Notes: a model not told the origin generated them from the letters alone. A stretch of 63,735 nucleotides of DNA, filler included, from Bigelowiella natans CCMP2755 (GCA_000320545.1; 8 parts of 8 records of this genome joined end to end with filler, not necessarily neighbours in it), one strand, 5' to 3'; positions 40,080 to 55,177 are shown, numbered from the whole stretch's first letter. Numbers and translations: made by a program.

Positions 40080-42757
40080 ATGTTGAATTTTGAGACGCAT
40101 CAGGGCGAATTCAATGTAAATGGGGTTACAAGGTGATAGAAGTAGTAGTAACAGTAGCAGCCATTGTTGTTGCTGTGATGGTGGAAGCTCAAGTTGTCAT
40201 ACACAGCAAGTATTGTCTGCTTCGCGTTATGTGTTAAGAATAATAATAAGAATAATATCAATAAATAATAATATATTTGGATGGGCAGGATGATTGCGGA
40301 GGGAGAGATGGCGGCTGCTGTAAACAAGCAGATACCGCCTCCTTTTAATTGGCCAAATTGTCTAAAGGTGTTGCTTTTTCGGAATATGTGCCCCCCCCCC
40401 CCCCCCCCCCCCGTTCTTTTTTGGTTGTGGGTGCAACCTCTTCCGTTTCGATAATAGAGCGGGTCTATTGCGAAAGCGAATTCTCTCGTCTTTCTTTGCA
40501 CGCCTATTACGAGTTTTATCACCACCATCATCACCATCCTCCTCCTCCTCCTCCTCCTCCTCCTCCTCCATTTTCATCATCGTAATCATCAGCATCAACA
40601 TCATCATCATCACCACCACTATCATATATCTAGGTAAGGATAATCAGGGCCCGGAATCTGCGTACGCACTCCGGGAGGGATCCTTCCCCAAGAGTGATCG
40701 TCTCGGTGCGCTCTACCACCTACCTTCCTTTCTATCTACCTCACCTCTATCACATAATAATAAAAATCATCATCACAATCACAGACAACGGATTAGATAG
40801 GAGAGGGTATGACCACTACTACTCCTCCTCCTACTACTACTACTACTACTACTTTTACTACTCACACATGCTGCTGCTGCTGCTGCTGCCTCGAAGAAGA
40901 CCACCAAAATAGCCATCCGTCAAACACAGAAGAGAATCACAATAGACTGATACTTTTGGGTGTCGCCATCGTCGTCGTCATCGTTGTTGCCGCCATGATC
41001 CCCATCCTCATTCCCATCATCTCCGTCATATATACGGAAACTATCATCAATCAGGTGAGAAGGCAGAAGGCCTCAACGCTGGGGCACCAACTCAATACCA
41101 GCCCTCTGTTTGATGAAACGTTCAAATTCGTCGTGACCGACCCATCGGCGGTGTTGCATGTCGCAATTCAGAGCCAGGGAATGGTAAAGGCGTCCTATAT
41201 TGGCCACTGGGTGAGTCAGTCAGTCAGGCAGTCACTGAGCGATTGAGTGAATGAGCGAGGAGGAAAAGAAGAAGAAGAAGAAGAGGAGGAGGAGGAGAGA
41301 AGCAGCAATGCCGTATCTATTTATAACTGTGTGTACAGGCAAGGAATAATAATGTGTCAATTATGTACACGTTTGTTGTGACGCATGTATATGTTACTAC
41401 TTTGCACATGTGTGGTTGCCGTTAGGCATGTATCATTAATTGTCAGATTAAAGTGCTATCTATTAAATATATGCATACACAAAATATGTTAATGAATCAG
41501 GTAATGACTTTGAAGTGGCTCTACGTCAACCCTGAGTTCTGCCATTGGAACAACATCAAACACTGGAAGAACGATCCAACCCTAAAGCCTGGATGTCCGT
41601 GATATTATACTACCAGCTGTTAGTGTAGTAGTAGTACATTACGGAATGTGTTTGGCTGGAGCAGCAGACCTATTAATACACCAGTTTGTAAGCTGCAGCT
41701 TGCTCGATATTATATAATGTGTGACTGCTTGCGCATATTTGTCCGACCTTTTTCTCTCCAGGTATTCGTGGCTGGTTTCCGTTGCTAGATTCCGAATTTA
41801 AGCACAACCACACCGCAGGAGAGGTGCTGCTGCTGTTGATGATGATGATAATGATGATGATATACTGCACGGCAATGCTCTTGCTAGCAGCAAGAGCGTG
41901 CACACAATCGTTTGTTTGCGAATCCACCACCATCTTTAAGCAACAACTAAACAAACTCTCCGCTGCAACCCTCACTCACCTTGGAAATTGGTGGTGGAAA
42001 TGATGGTGCTGGTGGTGATGATGATGGATGATGATGATGATGATAATGGCAATGGTAATGGTGAATTTGGGGTTGGTTGATGGGTTGATGAATACAGGCT
42101 TCGGTAAACGATCGAGAGAAAGAAAGAAAATAGAAGAAGAAGAAGAAAGAGAAGAAAATTGAATATTAATACTGCCTCTACACATATATCTGGGGTTGTT
42201 GAATTGAATCCCGGATAATAAGTTGTCGGGCTTTTATCACTCCTGTGTTTTTACAGTGTTTCTTTCTTCTTCTATTGGATTAATTTGCCCAAATCTTGTG
42301 AATTATGTGGAAATAAAGATGATACTGCTAATGCTGAAATGGAAGTTGCAACTACTGCCACATGAAGAACTCGTTACCTGAATATTACTACCGTTTTTGA
42401 TGTTGTTGTTTTTTCGTTGTCGTTAGATGGAAATGGAGATTTCATGGACATATGTTGAAGATTGGGGTCGGGAACGATGCATGATGCATACAGAAAACAT
42501 TCGCCTGACCAACGTTTATTCATGATATAGCACACACACACACACACACACACACATGTTATGTCATCGTGCATGTATAGTAGTAGTAGTAGTAGTATAA
42601 CCTCCTTTATTGCAGGCAATAATTGGCGCCCACCTCGTGCAAAGGCGTTGGTAATATTGCTATTAGTTGCTCAATAATTAATAATGACAATAATGAATAA
42701 TAATAATTATTAAAACAACTCCGCTTTTACTGCGAAGACCTGCTCCTAACAGTCTTG

Positions 42758-42793
<36 letters not shown>

Positions 42794-43002
42794 TATCATG
42801 GATGAAACACGCAGGAGCAACTTACGGAGAACTCCAACGAAACAAAGCTAAGACTGGGTGATATTGAAGCGGTGCAGAAGATGTTAGGTTCTCCCCACCC
42901 TACTTAGTCGTTTTACTGATAAGCATATAATATGTAGGCATTCTATAAAGATGTAAGTATGAACGCATACACACACACACACACACACACACGCGCGCGC
43001 GT

Positions 43003-43041
<39 letters not shown>

Positions 43042-44855
43042 GTTGCTCCTGAGTGTTGATTTGAGTTGTGTTGTGTTGAGTCTGTTCGTTACTTATGTTT
43101 TTCGCCCAATGATCGGCACAATTCCAGATCATTTCCCCCTCCTGGTGCGCGTCAAACGGGTACTACTGCCCGCCATCTCGAGAACACTATGAACATCTCT
43201 TCTTGTTGTCGTTGTTGATGAGGATAGTGGTGATGGTGATGATGTGCTTTGTGCTGTTTTGTACTTCTATGCCTACGGAATAAGTAAGTGAGTAGCCGAT
43301 CTATGCCTCCTCTTCTTGCTTATCATCGTCGTCGTCTTGAATAGATCATTATTGGTAGGTAACGATTCGAAACGTAGCATTCTATCTCAAGGACCTATTC
43401 CTCGGCTACAAAGGAGCGTTGGAGAAAAAGGGTAAGTAAGAGGAAGTAGCAGTATCAGTGGTGGTAGGGTTATTATTCATCATCAGAACATGATGGAGGA
43501 ACAACATTAGGACTTTTTGACATCAATCTTCAAAAAAGTAGTAGAATATTGTTGATACATATAATTTGTATGGTTGTTGTTGGTGGTGTGGTGTTGCTGC
43601 TGCTGCTGCACGTAGGCGTGAAAGAGGAGGCCCTTTATGTAGACTTCCTTGAATCAACCAGAACTGTCAGTGCTAGTAGTAGTAGTTTCAGTAGTAGTAT
43701 TAGTAGCAATAGTAGTACACATCAATCATACTCGCAGTAGTATTAGTAAGTCATGCACTCTATGATGCTTGCTCACCACCGTCACTATTAATACTACTGC
43801 TACTGCTACTGCCCATGCTAGCATGAGGAATGAGTGGGAATGATGTTTATGTGTACGAAGACTCTTAAACACAACAACAACAACAACAACTACTACTACT
43901 GATACTACTACTGATACTACTACTACGGCAACACAAATAGCTTCAATTGGAGAAGTTCCGAGTCGGACACACCATCAATTCCTTCATGGTCGCTTGGGTG
44001 AAGTCCCTCGTACCACAGGTAGTATGGTTGGACAGAGGGGGGGTGGGGGGCGAGATGGTATTGAGGGGTCTTGAATGCCGTCAGTACATTATAACATCCT
44101 CGGGCCTTGAGCATAAGCTGATATCCTTCTCCTGCATGAGAACACATAAGCAAGGGGTTATTTATCATCGTTCATATGTTGTTTTTTTGATTTCCTGGCT
44201 TTCAAATAGTAGCATCGTTTTTCCTATGTTCCCTGTGGGCTTTGAAAATAACCTCCTCTCCCTCCTCCTCCTCCTCCTCCTTCGATAAAGCATGAACTCC
44301 CCTTGTGACAATATAATACGACGTTGTTGTCGTGGTTGCATCATAGGTTGGGAAGAAGGTGAGCTTGCTGGGATCTGCTACCAACCAAATCGTTGGGAGT
44401 ATATTTAGCTCATTGTGCGTACACACAAACACACACACACACACACACGCACGCACGCACAAAGCACAGAGATAGGGAGAGAGCGGGGGAGAGAGAGGAA
44501 CCTTATCAGTGAAGGGAAGATGGCGAAGAAGAAGATCATTATCATTGGGGAGGGAATTTCAACGATAGCATGAGGAGTTTGATGCCGCCGTGTTGTTGCC
44601 ATTGTATGTAAGATTCGATTTTGGCGGAAATAAGAAGAACGCAAACGGGGTTCTTCACCAGGATAAAAAGGCGAAGAAGCCAAGGTAGTCCTGGTGGTTG
44701 TTGTTACTCTTCTTCTTCTTCTTCTTCTTCTTCTTCATCATCATCCCCTCTCTGTTCTAATGAGAGAAAAGTAATGTATATACCCATCCCTTAAGTAAGA
44801 GAACGACCGCCATGAAACTTAATTTAAGAATTCGATTAATAATGTTTTATGCATG

Positions 44856-44897
<42 letters not shown>

Positions 44898-45115
44898 GTG
44901 TGTGTGCTTGTGTGTGAATGGTCATTGTTTCGTGCAAATAATGTGACATCAATATTCTCTTAACAGCGTAATTGGAAGAATAAAGGAGCATATCGCTGCG
45001 AAGCTAGTCAAGAAAACATGGCAGAAGGTAGTAGTAGTACTGGTAGTACAAGTACTAGTACTACTACTACTACTACTACTAGTAGTAGTAGTAGTAGTAG
45101 TGGTAGCAAACGGAT

Positions 45116-45147
<32 letters not shown>

Positions 45148-45346
45148 TATCACACACACACACACGCACACACACTGAAGGAACTGCTCCTTCGTCGAAT
45201 GATTTACGTGAGTGGTCTGTTGTATTCTCGTCCTCCTCCTCCTCCTCCTTCCCCCCACCTTCCCTCCCTTAAAGCATCAGGTCACCGCACACGACTCCGA
45301 TTATTTCCTGCCGACTGTGATCTCGGTAGTAGAAGAGAGAATGAGA

Positions 45347-45383
<37 letters not shown>

Positions 45384-46992
45384 GTCGTAGATGGGGCGGG
45401 ATATGCATGACTGTTGATTCTCCCCACACTCATTCTCTCTCCACCCCTCCTCTCCTGTCTCCATCTATTCATCCAGGGAATCATAGAGAAACGAACGTCA
45501 AGAATGAAGAAATGGGTGATGATGAGTTAGTTGTGTGAATAGTGATGTGTGTATGATAAGATAGGATATCCCCTCCCCTATAACCATCATCATCATCATC
45601 ATCAACTACTACTTCTTTGGAGCCTTTAGTAGCCATGACGGAAAGAGATTGAATGACTGTTTGCCTACGACTTACTAGTTCTACTACCACTGCTACTGCT
45701 ACTGCTACTGCCATCACTACCATGAAAACGTTTGCTATCATCATCATCATCATCATCATCATCAGGTTCATGCCTTCATGGAATTAAAGGGGTCACATAT
45801 ACATGACAATTACATATAGAAGGAGAAAGAGCAGGGGGGGGAAGACCATAACAATAACGACAGACACTTTGGAGAGGCATTTATTTCATATGCACGTAAA
45901 GGCGATGAAGAGGAGGAGGCGAAGAAAGGGAATCAGTTGTGATAGCTTGTTGTTGCACCCTCTAACTGCCGCCGTTCAAATTCTCAGATGTACGCTTTTC
46001 TACGCCGATTGCACTAAAGAAGGAATGAAAATGGTAGTAAGTATATGCATGGGAGCAGAGATGGTGTACAATTAAATGGTATAATATATACATATAATTT
46101 AGATTGTATATTGATATTTGCATGTATTGTTTGACTTGATGCCGAAGACTCAAGAACTGATATGTGTGTGTGTGTGTGTGTGTGTGTGTAACATTGAATA
46201 CCTGTATTATTGCCGTCATAGCGTCCCGAAAAGAAATTAGATCTTTCCCAGGTGAGTGATGAAGAGATTTATCTATCGTCTTCCTCCTCACGCTTACAAA
46301 GACCACATCTCAACAACACGTGCACACGATCGTTCCACACACTCACTCAATTGTGTTCTCATACCATATCAAATTGTGATATTACTGCGCTATTAAATTT
46401 CATGAGCTCTCAGTAGTGCATCTACATCATTATCATCATCATCATAGTTTTTACCGTCCTCCTGTCCTCGTCATCGTCACCATCATCAATTATTCAGGCT
46501 ACAGCCATCAAACTTATATCTGGCGGTCACAAAGAGATTCAGATCGTGAATCAGTACAGAAACAGGTTGGAGATCCATGTGTGTGCGTGTGTGCGTGTGT
46601 GTGCGTGCTGACAATGTCAACATTTGAAGGGATTTTTCTTATTATTGTCACAAGTATTTAACGAGACGCCTTGTCCAAAGTATCAAATAGTAGAAATAAC
46701 AGCAACAACAGCAGGAACCACCACCTCCTCCTCCTCCTCCTCCTCCTCCTCTCTCACAACTATGACCTGCTACCTACGATAAACCTGCTGCAGCAATCCT
46801 TCCATACTGATACTATTACCACCCGAATGCATTGTGTCGTCTTCGTTTGTAGAAAATGACAATGGTTCTTTTGTCCTCACTCTTCATCCCCCCCCGTACC
46901 CCCTTTCTCACTCTCTCTTCTCTCCCCCTTTTCCCTGTGTGTCTCTATCTGTATTTACAAGATGGATACGAGTGCCAGTTGAAGTCGCAGGT

Positions 46993-47026
<34 letters not shown>

Positions 47027-47164
47027 AGTCACAGTTTGGTGATGGTATTTGTGCTTAGTCGTCGTCATGCTGCATTGTGTGCTCTAAGTAGAGTGAAGAA
47101 TTTGCCAAGTATAAGAGGAGGAGTAGCCCTTGCACATCTATAGGAACTCCTAAATATAATAACA

Positions 47165-47202
<38 letters not shown>

Positions 47203-47289
47203 CGTACATTTATTCATTTTATATGATAGGCCCTTCCATCAAGGAGTGGTTTAAGCAGATGCAGAGTCATCAGCGCCGCAATTTGAAGG
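33210..47289 (+). CDS. Large membrane-anchored multi-C2-domain protein with a probable C-terminal PH domain; true ends uncertain (possibly about 31 kb to 51 kb)
   Basis: Hydrophobic exons (ILTFALMLVFGYWIIAWL, AVIGAIGIALF). C2-like exons CYIKVKVG..ITLTVWEK, RPYCLIY..HPKWGPITL..LRFEV..LLGTAKLPL and SPLFDETFKFVVTDPSAVLHVAI..YIGHW. PH-like KKTWQK, TLFYAD, KKLDLS, IKEWFKQMQ. Confidence 0.6.
35032..35115 (+). repeat. Exact 42-bp tandem duplication in an intron
   Basis: GTACTAGTTGTACGTTGCAACACTCACTAGTTAAGAGGAGAT occurs twice in a row. Confidence 0.9.
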
Positions 47290-47491
47290 GTAAACAACAA
47301 CAAGAAGAATAGCAAAAGCAACAACAATAACAGTAACAAAAACAACACCACCGACACCAACACCAGCAGTAGGTAGGAAGTACTAGTAGTAGCGTAATGG
47401 GGGAGGAGGGGAGGGGCACGATCTCGTCATTGTAGCGGATAGTCGTCGAATAGCCAGCACTGCATCATCACAAAGGAGATAGATGGAAAGA

Positions 47492-47525
<34 letters not shown>

Positions 47526-47634
47526 CCTGTGATATCGATCCTCCTCACCCCCCTCCCTTACTCTTTTCTTCTAATACTATGCAGGAATCATCAAGATCAC
47601 GCTCATCCGAGCAAATGGGGTTACCAAGAGACTG

Positions 47635-47671
<37 letters not shown>

Positions 47672-48177
47672 TAGTAGTAGTGGTAGTAGATAGAATAGCA
47701 GAACACGATTGTGTAAATAGTAGTAACACAAACATCTTCGATGACATGGATGTGTGTGTATAATCATATGTTAGGGCCATAATCTTCATGTCACAGCTTC
47801 CATCTTGAACGCAGGACATGTAAGTGCTACGAGTGATGGTGATGATGATGATGATGATGATGATGACGATGTGATCTGCATTAATTTGTTTGTTGATTAC
47901 TTCAACGAAAGAATATAGTAGTAGTAGTAGTAGTAGCCGCCCAATGTAGAGGTGGTAAATATAACTTGTATGTAGTAGTAGTTGTAGTAGTAGTAGTAGT
48001 AGTAGTAGCTAGTTTATATTGCCTGCCTTCGTCGTGCACATTATGATTGTTACGGTGCCGATGATGATGTGTATATTGTTGATGATACCTCCTCTTTTGT
48101 TGTATTATTGATTTTGTTTCTTTGAAGGTCGAGGATCATGCCATCAAACCTGCCAAGTCACCCCTCCCCTCCCCTTC

Positions 48178-48258
<81 letters not shown>

Positions 48259-48382
48259 AGGGGGGGGAGATCTACACGTATGAAAGCCACTGAGTACTCG
48301 ACAGCAATATCGTGTATTCACTACTATTTGAAATCATGTTCAACAAGTAAATTAAGAGCATCATCGTGGCATCAACCATGCT

Positions 48383-48421
<39 letters not shown>

Positions 48422-48846
48422 GTTTGTCGTCGCAGATCCAAAGGAGCGAAAGTCAGCCAATCAACTGTTACATGGTCGGAGGAGATCGGGGTACTAATGA
48501 TGATGATGATGATGATGATGATGATGTTGTGAATCAGACGTGTAGAATGATTGTCATAATGATAGATCACACCACAGCAGGATGTAAGATATACGATTTG
48601 ATATGGATACTAGCTATTATCATCCCATCCCAAGTGCTGGTTGTTGTTGTTGTTGCTGCTGCTGTGTTCCCAATGTTGCTGCTACTACACCATAAACGCG
48701 ATGGGCAGTCTCCATTATGCCGCCGTGAATGATGAGAGACTTGCTGCTGCTACTGTGATTGCAGAACCTATACGTTGGACCACTTGTCGCATCGTCAAAA
48801 AGCTTGCACTTGGAATTGAGCTACTCAGGGTCCTTGTGATATATAT

Positions 48847-48926
<80 letters not shown>

Positions 48927-49541
48927 TTGCCGTATTGCAAGACAAAAAATCATCGGTATTTTTGGGATCAACGGAGTTTTCGAGTTTTGATTCACATTCA
49001 TATGACGAATCCGTTTGTGTGTATCTTGGGGGACATTATGATCTTCAAATTTGCATCTCTTGCAGCAGCATGCATGCATGCATGTATTCATAGGACTTTT
49101 GAGTAGGAGTTCTTTGTTGTTGATACTGTTGTGTACGACATTGATTCAAACGTTTCTTTGTGTGTGTTGATGGAACAGAGATAGCCATCCAACTGGGTGC
49201 ATAACATTGCCGCTGACGGCAATAACAGCGAGGGTAAATAGATATCATAACCCCATTTGAGTGTTGCTGCGCGTATATGAGTTGTCGTCATCGTCACCAT
49301 AATTCGATGTGTGATAAGGATTTAACAGTAACAGCTTTGCGCGACCACTGACAACAACAACAACAACAACAACAACAATAGCCACAGCAACAACAAAATA
49401 ACGACAGGTTCAAGATTTCACTTTGCCTTGGAAACCGCTAAGCACCGACAAGAAAGAATTGAGGGAGAGATCTTCTGCACGATTAAGCAAAGCTCGAAGG
49501 TCTGTCGCATACATACATACATATATACATACATCGTTGAT

Positions 49542-49574
<33 letters not shown>

Positions 49575-49681
49575 ACGCACACATCTAAAACGACATACAA
49601 ATGTATCTATCACACGTCGTGCATCACATGTCCTCCCAAATTTTTTATACCAGTTGTGCCTCGTCGTCATCAAATCATCAA

Positions 49682-49715
<34 letters not shown>

Positions 49716-50209
49716 CTTCCATAGGAGCTATCTTCCCCCGAGTCACACCCCGCTATCGCTATTATCAAATAGCAATCAACAACTAGCACAGCAGCAGCAG
49801 CAGCAGCGCCAACAACAGTTGGCCCCCCCTGTCGCTCAGAGCTCATCAGAGCAAATGCAGACACCATCACCCCATGACCCAACGGATCCATCATCATCAT
49901 ACGCATCATTACCGGTAGGAGGAGGGGGGGGGAGGGCAACACCAGCGGGATCATCATCAGTAACACCAATGACAACAGAGCCAGTAGCTGCAGGCAGTCC
50001 CCGGCACTCTCGCAAGAATTCGGAGACTTCGCGTCCTACGGCATCATCAGCGGCAGCAGCGGGTTGTTATACTTATAAAAGAGGGAAAAGAAGAAGATAG
50101 TAGTAGTAATGGTAGTAGTAGATGTTACATGAAAAGGGGAGATTGATGTATATGCAGAAGAGGCAAGAGAAGCATGTAGCTCGATCGCCTGTCGCCTATT
50201 CATGAATTC

Positions 50210-50253
<44 letters not shown>

Positions 50254-50522
50254 TATTCTATGCATTCGACACAGCAGGTGCTGCAGGCTCCTTTCAAGAG
50301 AAAAGCAGCAACTGGAAAAGAACCGTGAGCAAGAGCAGGTAGTTAATAATGAAGATAGTGAGAGAGGGTGGGGGGGTCACACTGCATATCAGCTGGAGTG
50401 TCTACAAACGAAAGCACACCATTATTACTACCACTACCTGAGATTATTATTATTGTTGTTACTATCTTCCACCACCGCCTAGCTGTTCTTGCAAGTGAAT
50501 AAATAATGGCAGTAGCAACTAA

Positions 50523-50558
<36 letters not shown>

Positions 50559-51411
50559 CACCAAGTAGCTAGCCATCCAGCACATGCATAATAGTGAGTG
50601 TTAAGAAGTGTAGTAGTAGCACATTATGCTCAAGCATTGATTGGTTTATCGCTTTTCCCTTCCCGACAATCTTCGCATTGATGTACCCTCGCCGTTCATT
50701 CATTTATTTTTGATGCTGCATATGCACATGCGTTCCTGCCCCCCTTCTCCTCTGCAGTAGCGACTGGATAGGAAACCTTGTGTTCAAAGCGCAGCTTCAT
50801 GAGCATCTCGTTATGTATAAGGTGTGTGTGTGTGGGGGGGGGGGTGATAGTAGTAGTAGTAGAAGGAGGAGGAGGAGGAGGAGGGAGTCGTATCTGGGTG
50901 GTATTGACAAAATTCATTCTGGTTGAATGCGAATACTTTTATTATATCTGATTGTCGTTGCTGGTGCTGTTAGTGGTGGTTGTTGTAAAATGTATTCCCT
51001 CGTTCTTCTGGTTTAATAATTTGATGCTAACAGCACAACATGTACGTGGATCCGACGGCTGCCGAAAGCGGGAGAAAGGGATTCCGCTCGCCTTATGATA
51101 GAGCCGCTGCGAAGAATGCACTACAAATCAATGAAGGTCTAGAAGCAGTGGCAAGAAGTGATGGTGATGTTGTTAATGTATATATGATGGTGGTGCTGAT
51201 GATGATGATGATTTGGCCAAAAGAATAAATCATCATCATCATCATCATTATCCCACGTATGGAGCATGTAGCCCATGCGATAACAACAACATATTATAAG
51301 CGGTTGGTTGCAGATATTTGATTTATATCGTACGATATGGTAGGCAAGCATCATCGTGGATTCTTAAGTTTTGCATCAAGTACCCTCGGCGGGATTCCCA
51401 CATCACTTGGG

Positions 51412-51453
<42 letters not shown>

Positions 51454-51494
51454 GTTATGTCAGCGAAAGGAAGGAAAAAGATCAAGAGAGAGTA

Positions 51495-51594
51495 NNNNNN
51501 NNNNNNNNNNNNNNNNNNNNNNNNNNNNNNNNNNNNNNTTAATTAATTAANNNNNNNNNNNNNNNNNNNNNNNNNNNNNNNNNNNNNNNNNNNN
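51495..51594. other. Artificial contig linker
   Basis: Same 100-nt spacer. Confidence 0.97.
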
Positions 51595-51764
51595 AGAATG
51601 AGGAGGCTACAACAGCAGAAACAGCAACGCGGTGCAGAGGAAGGCAAAGGGATGATTTTCAGAATACCCCCCCCCCCCCCCCTCCTCGCACTAAGCATAG
51701 TTCCACTGGCACTGGCATCGATACTACCACTACTTCTACTACTGCTATTACTATTACTTACCGA

Positions 51765-51980
51765 AGAACGAAGATAGAATGAATGCGCTTGCTGAGGCAG
51801 AGGAGGGCGAGGAAGGCCGGTGGGAACCGGGACATCTTCATCGATTTCGCGTACACAGCGCACGCCGCCAGGAACGCTTGGAGAGAAAAGAGAGAATGCG
51901 ATAAGGAGAATGGGGAAAAGGAGCACAACACCACCGCACATCGTTGTTGGTGTTGCTGCTGCTGTTTACACGACACATGA

Positions 51981-52011
<31 letters not shown>

Positions 52012-52052
52012 GGGGGGGGGAAGGGGATCGGAGGTACGCAGCGCAAACTCCA

Positions 52053-52083
<31 letters not shown>

Positions 52084-52225
52084 TTACTTGCAAGGTACAG
52101 CCCCATGAATATGTACTGCGCCCTTAGGATATTTTGCCCTTGGTCAGTCGATACGAATAGGATGCCATACAACCATACAAAACCGCCTGGATATCTGTTT
52201 GGTGGTGGATGGAGAGAGAGTATGG

Positions 52226-52307
<82 letters not shown>

Positions 52308-53060
52308 AATCGACAGATCACAACACGCGTCCATTTTTTTAATTTGTAAGCGCTCTGGTTGCGAATTGAGCAATGCTGCTTTCAATGAATTTCGTCCTAA
52401 TATCAACGTCACATACACTAGAGGTCCCGTGTCGCCTCTGAGGTGCGAATAGTTGAAGTCCCACTGAGTGGTGTGAGAGCACAATAATATGAGATCAGTA
52501 GATGTGTCTTCTACTGTTGTTCCTCCACAGTATTTGTGATGATAATTTGTCACGTTGCGGCAGGGTCGGGTGTAAGACTTACTTGCTTCAAAACCGGTTG
52601 CACTTCGCTCATGTACGCCTGCCAGTCAATTTCTGATCATGTTCAAAGCCAGTAGAGAGGGGAGGAGGGAGGCGTGATGGCAAGAGTATAGCCGGATTAT
52701 TCATTGCCATGTCGTGTTTTCTTGTGATTTTATGTTATTGTGCGGAGCGCAGCGACGACCTGTGTAGGGAACCCTCCGGATAATTAGGATATTCAGCGCC
52801 ACCTGATGCGGTAGTAATACGTATCAGCAAAATTACCCAACCCCTCTCCGAAGTGTGTTGGTCGGGTTCAACACGACGCGGCAGTGTTGCATCTATCAGC
52901 AGTGGCAATCCCGAAGATTTTGTACCTCTGCCATGAAGAGAAGAATGGTTATGACGAAGAACGATCGTAGCAGGCTATCGACGAAGGATATCCGAGCGAT
53001 GTGGCCCAGAATCGGAACTTTGTACGCCCACCATGGCAAGGGTTGGGCCTCCATTTTCAT
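51765..53060 (-). CDS. ALG3: Dol-P-Man:Man5GlcNAc2-PP-Dol alpha-1,3-mannosyltransferase, 5' part
   Basis: IIRRVPYTE|IDWQAYMSEV; NYSHLRGDTGPLV|YPGGFVWLY..TDQGQNILRAQYIFMGLYL; LCLSKRIHSIFVLR. Confidence 0.95.
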
Positions 53061-53533
53061 GAGAACCACTCTCGCGATGGAGCGTCAGCAAGCAAGGGTT
53101 TGAATTGAAATTGAAACGGAAAGATTCTGGCAAATAATTGTACCAAAAATATCTAATTAGATATTCATAAAATACTCATTCCATGTTCTCATCACGAAGC
53201 TGAACTTCCGAAAATTAATATTTGTCTTTTTTATCATGCTTAAAACATCTGAATACTTCGCACGATAATGCCTATCAGCGCAGATGACGTCAGGCGTGTG
53301 ATGTCATTGACAACATGCTCGATAAGGACTTATTTTTTTAGAAAAGGTCAATTTATTTTAGATATATTTAGTACTTAATTATTTCAAACCAAGATGTTCA
53401 GCCAGTCAGCGTAAACCATTTTTCCACAATATATCCGAGTACATCTCCGGATAATATTCGATATAATTTCGTAGATATTTAGACTAAAGTAGTTGTTACG
53501 TTGACCTCATCACTTCCCATACCATACGAGAAA
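53061..53533. promoter_or_regulatory. Probable bidirectional promoter (ALG3 / GBP)
   Basis: About 470 bp AT-rich, microsatellite-free spacer between divergent ATGs. It contains TGACGTCA near 53285. Confidence 0.55.
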
Positions 53534-54453
53534 ATGGTGGGGGCCTTCGGCCTCTTCCTCCTCCTCGTCCTCGGATCCCTCCCCAGTAGCATTAACGGAA
53601 AGGCCGTGCCGATCGTCCTCCCTGATGATTCCCACACGCGTCTGGCCTTGCAATCTGAAGTAAAACTAGCTAAAATAAGTCTCATCCCCCTTTCCCCGGC
53701 CTGCTCCTGATTGCCTCTTTTTTTATCATTGGCACACGAAGGGGGTGGAGGCGCTGAAAAAGCTCTCGGGGCGTGTTGCCCCTGTTGTCGTGATCGGACC
53801 TTTCCGATCAGGGAAGTCGTTCGTCCTCAACCAAATGCTCAATCTCCCCTGTGACCAAGGTATTATCAAATGCTCCTTGCTGTGTGTGTGTGTATGTGTG
53901 TGTGTGTGTGTGTGTGTTGTCGATGTCGCGAGCGGCAAGCTAAAAACAATGAAAAGGTTTCTCCGTTGGGCACCGTCGGCATGCACAGACCAAGGGAATC
54001 TGGTTTTGGGATGAGTAAGTGAACATATCAATTGGATTTTGAGGGTGGGGGGGGGCGTTGGGGGAGAACGATTGCAACGGAGAGTACACGTTCGTTGTTT
54101 AATGTCCTGGTGAGCCACACTCCTGCTGTCTTAACACCACTTAGGCCTCAATTAACAAGCAGTGCTGATGGTGAACGAATAAGCATAATCTACGTCGATA
54201 CTGAGGGGTTCGAAGCCGCAGGAAAGGTACTCATACGCACAGTTTTTGACGAACATAAGACTTATATGTGTGTGAATTATAATCATCATCGTCTTCGTCA
54301 TCATCATCATCAATATAGGCGGATGTCTACGACGACCGTGTTTTCGCACTCTCTGCGCTTCTCAGCAACGTTCTCGTACGTCTCAGACAAAAGCAAACCA
54401 AATTACTGTACCCGCACGCGCGCGCGCATACACACACACACACACACACAATG

Positions 54454-54509
<56 letters not shown>

Positions 54510-55086
54510 TTGTGTGTGATGTTGGCATCAATCAAGATATACAACCTCCCGGAGACGGTGAAGGAGGCAGACATCCAGAAGCTGCAATTCGCTGTCGAGC
54601 TCGCAGAAGAATTCAAACATAGAGCGGATGAAGATGATGATGATGATGACGCGTCCTACGAGGTAGTAGAAGCTGTATGGCTGTATGTACGAACGTGTTT
54701 ACGTACGACTCCTCTCTCCCCCCGCGCATTCGTGTCACCTTCACTCTTCCCTCTGAGAGCTGATAATAATATATAAAGGGCATGGACAAAGAGCTTGGTG
54801 GTATTCGCGGCGCTGCTGTAGGCACAGAGGCCTCATCACCGGCATCACCGGCATCATCGGCATCTTCCTCGTTCAAGATCCCGTCGTTGTTGTGGCTCAT
54901 ACAGAGAGATTTCCTGGAAGGACGCTCCGTAGATGAAATGGTAGGTGCGGGTGGATTATGGCGTTGAGTCCTGCGGGAACGATGAAATCGCATATTTGTC
55001 TAGCTTTGATGGTGTGTGTACTATGTGGTGGTGGTGGTGGTGGTCGTGATAGGTCAAAGACGCGCTGAGGCCTGTGAACAACCCAA
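53534..55086 (+). CDS. Guanylate-binding protein (GBP/atlastin family) GTPase with a signal peptide, 3' truncated
   Basis: Signal-like MVGAFGLFLLLVLGSLPSSING; G1 VIGPFRSGKSFVLNQ; GFSVGH...TKGIWFW; G3 YVDTEGFE; YDDRVFALS; IYNLPET; LLWLIQRDFL. Confidence 0.92.
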
Positions 55087-55146
55087 GTAAGAGTTGTTGG
55101 TGTTGTCGTGCAGTAATTCCACCGCTATCACATAATTGTATAATAG

Positions 55147-55177
<31 letters not shown>

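Noticed and set aside
44500-51494. Numerous ORFs with poly-H/T/S/V, CV, YI or ER runs (here and throughout the window)
   Set aside because: These are translations of intronic microsatellites.
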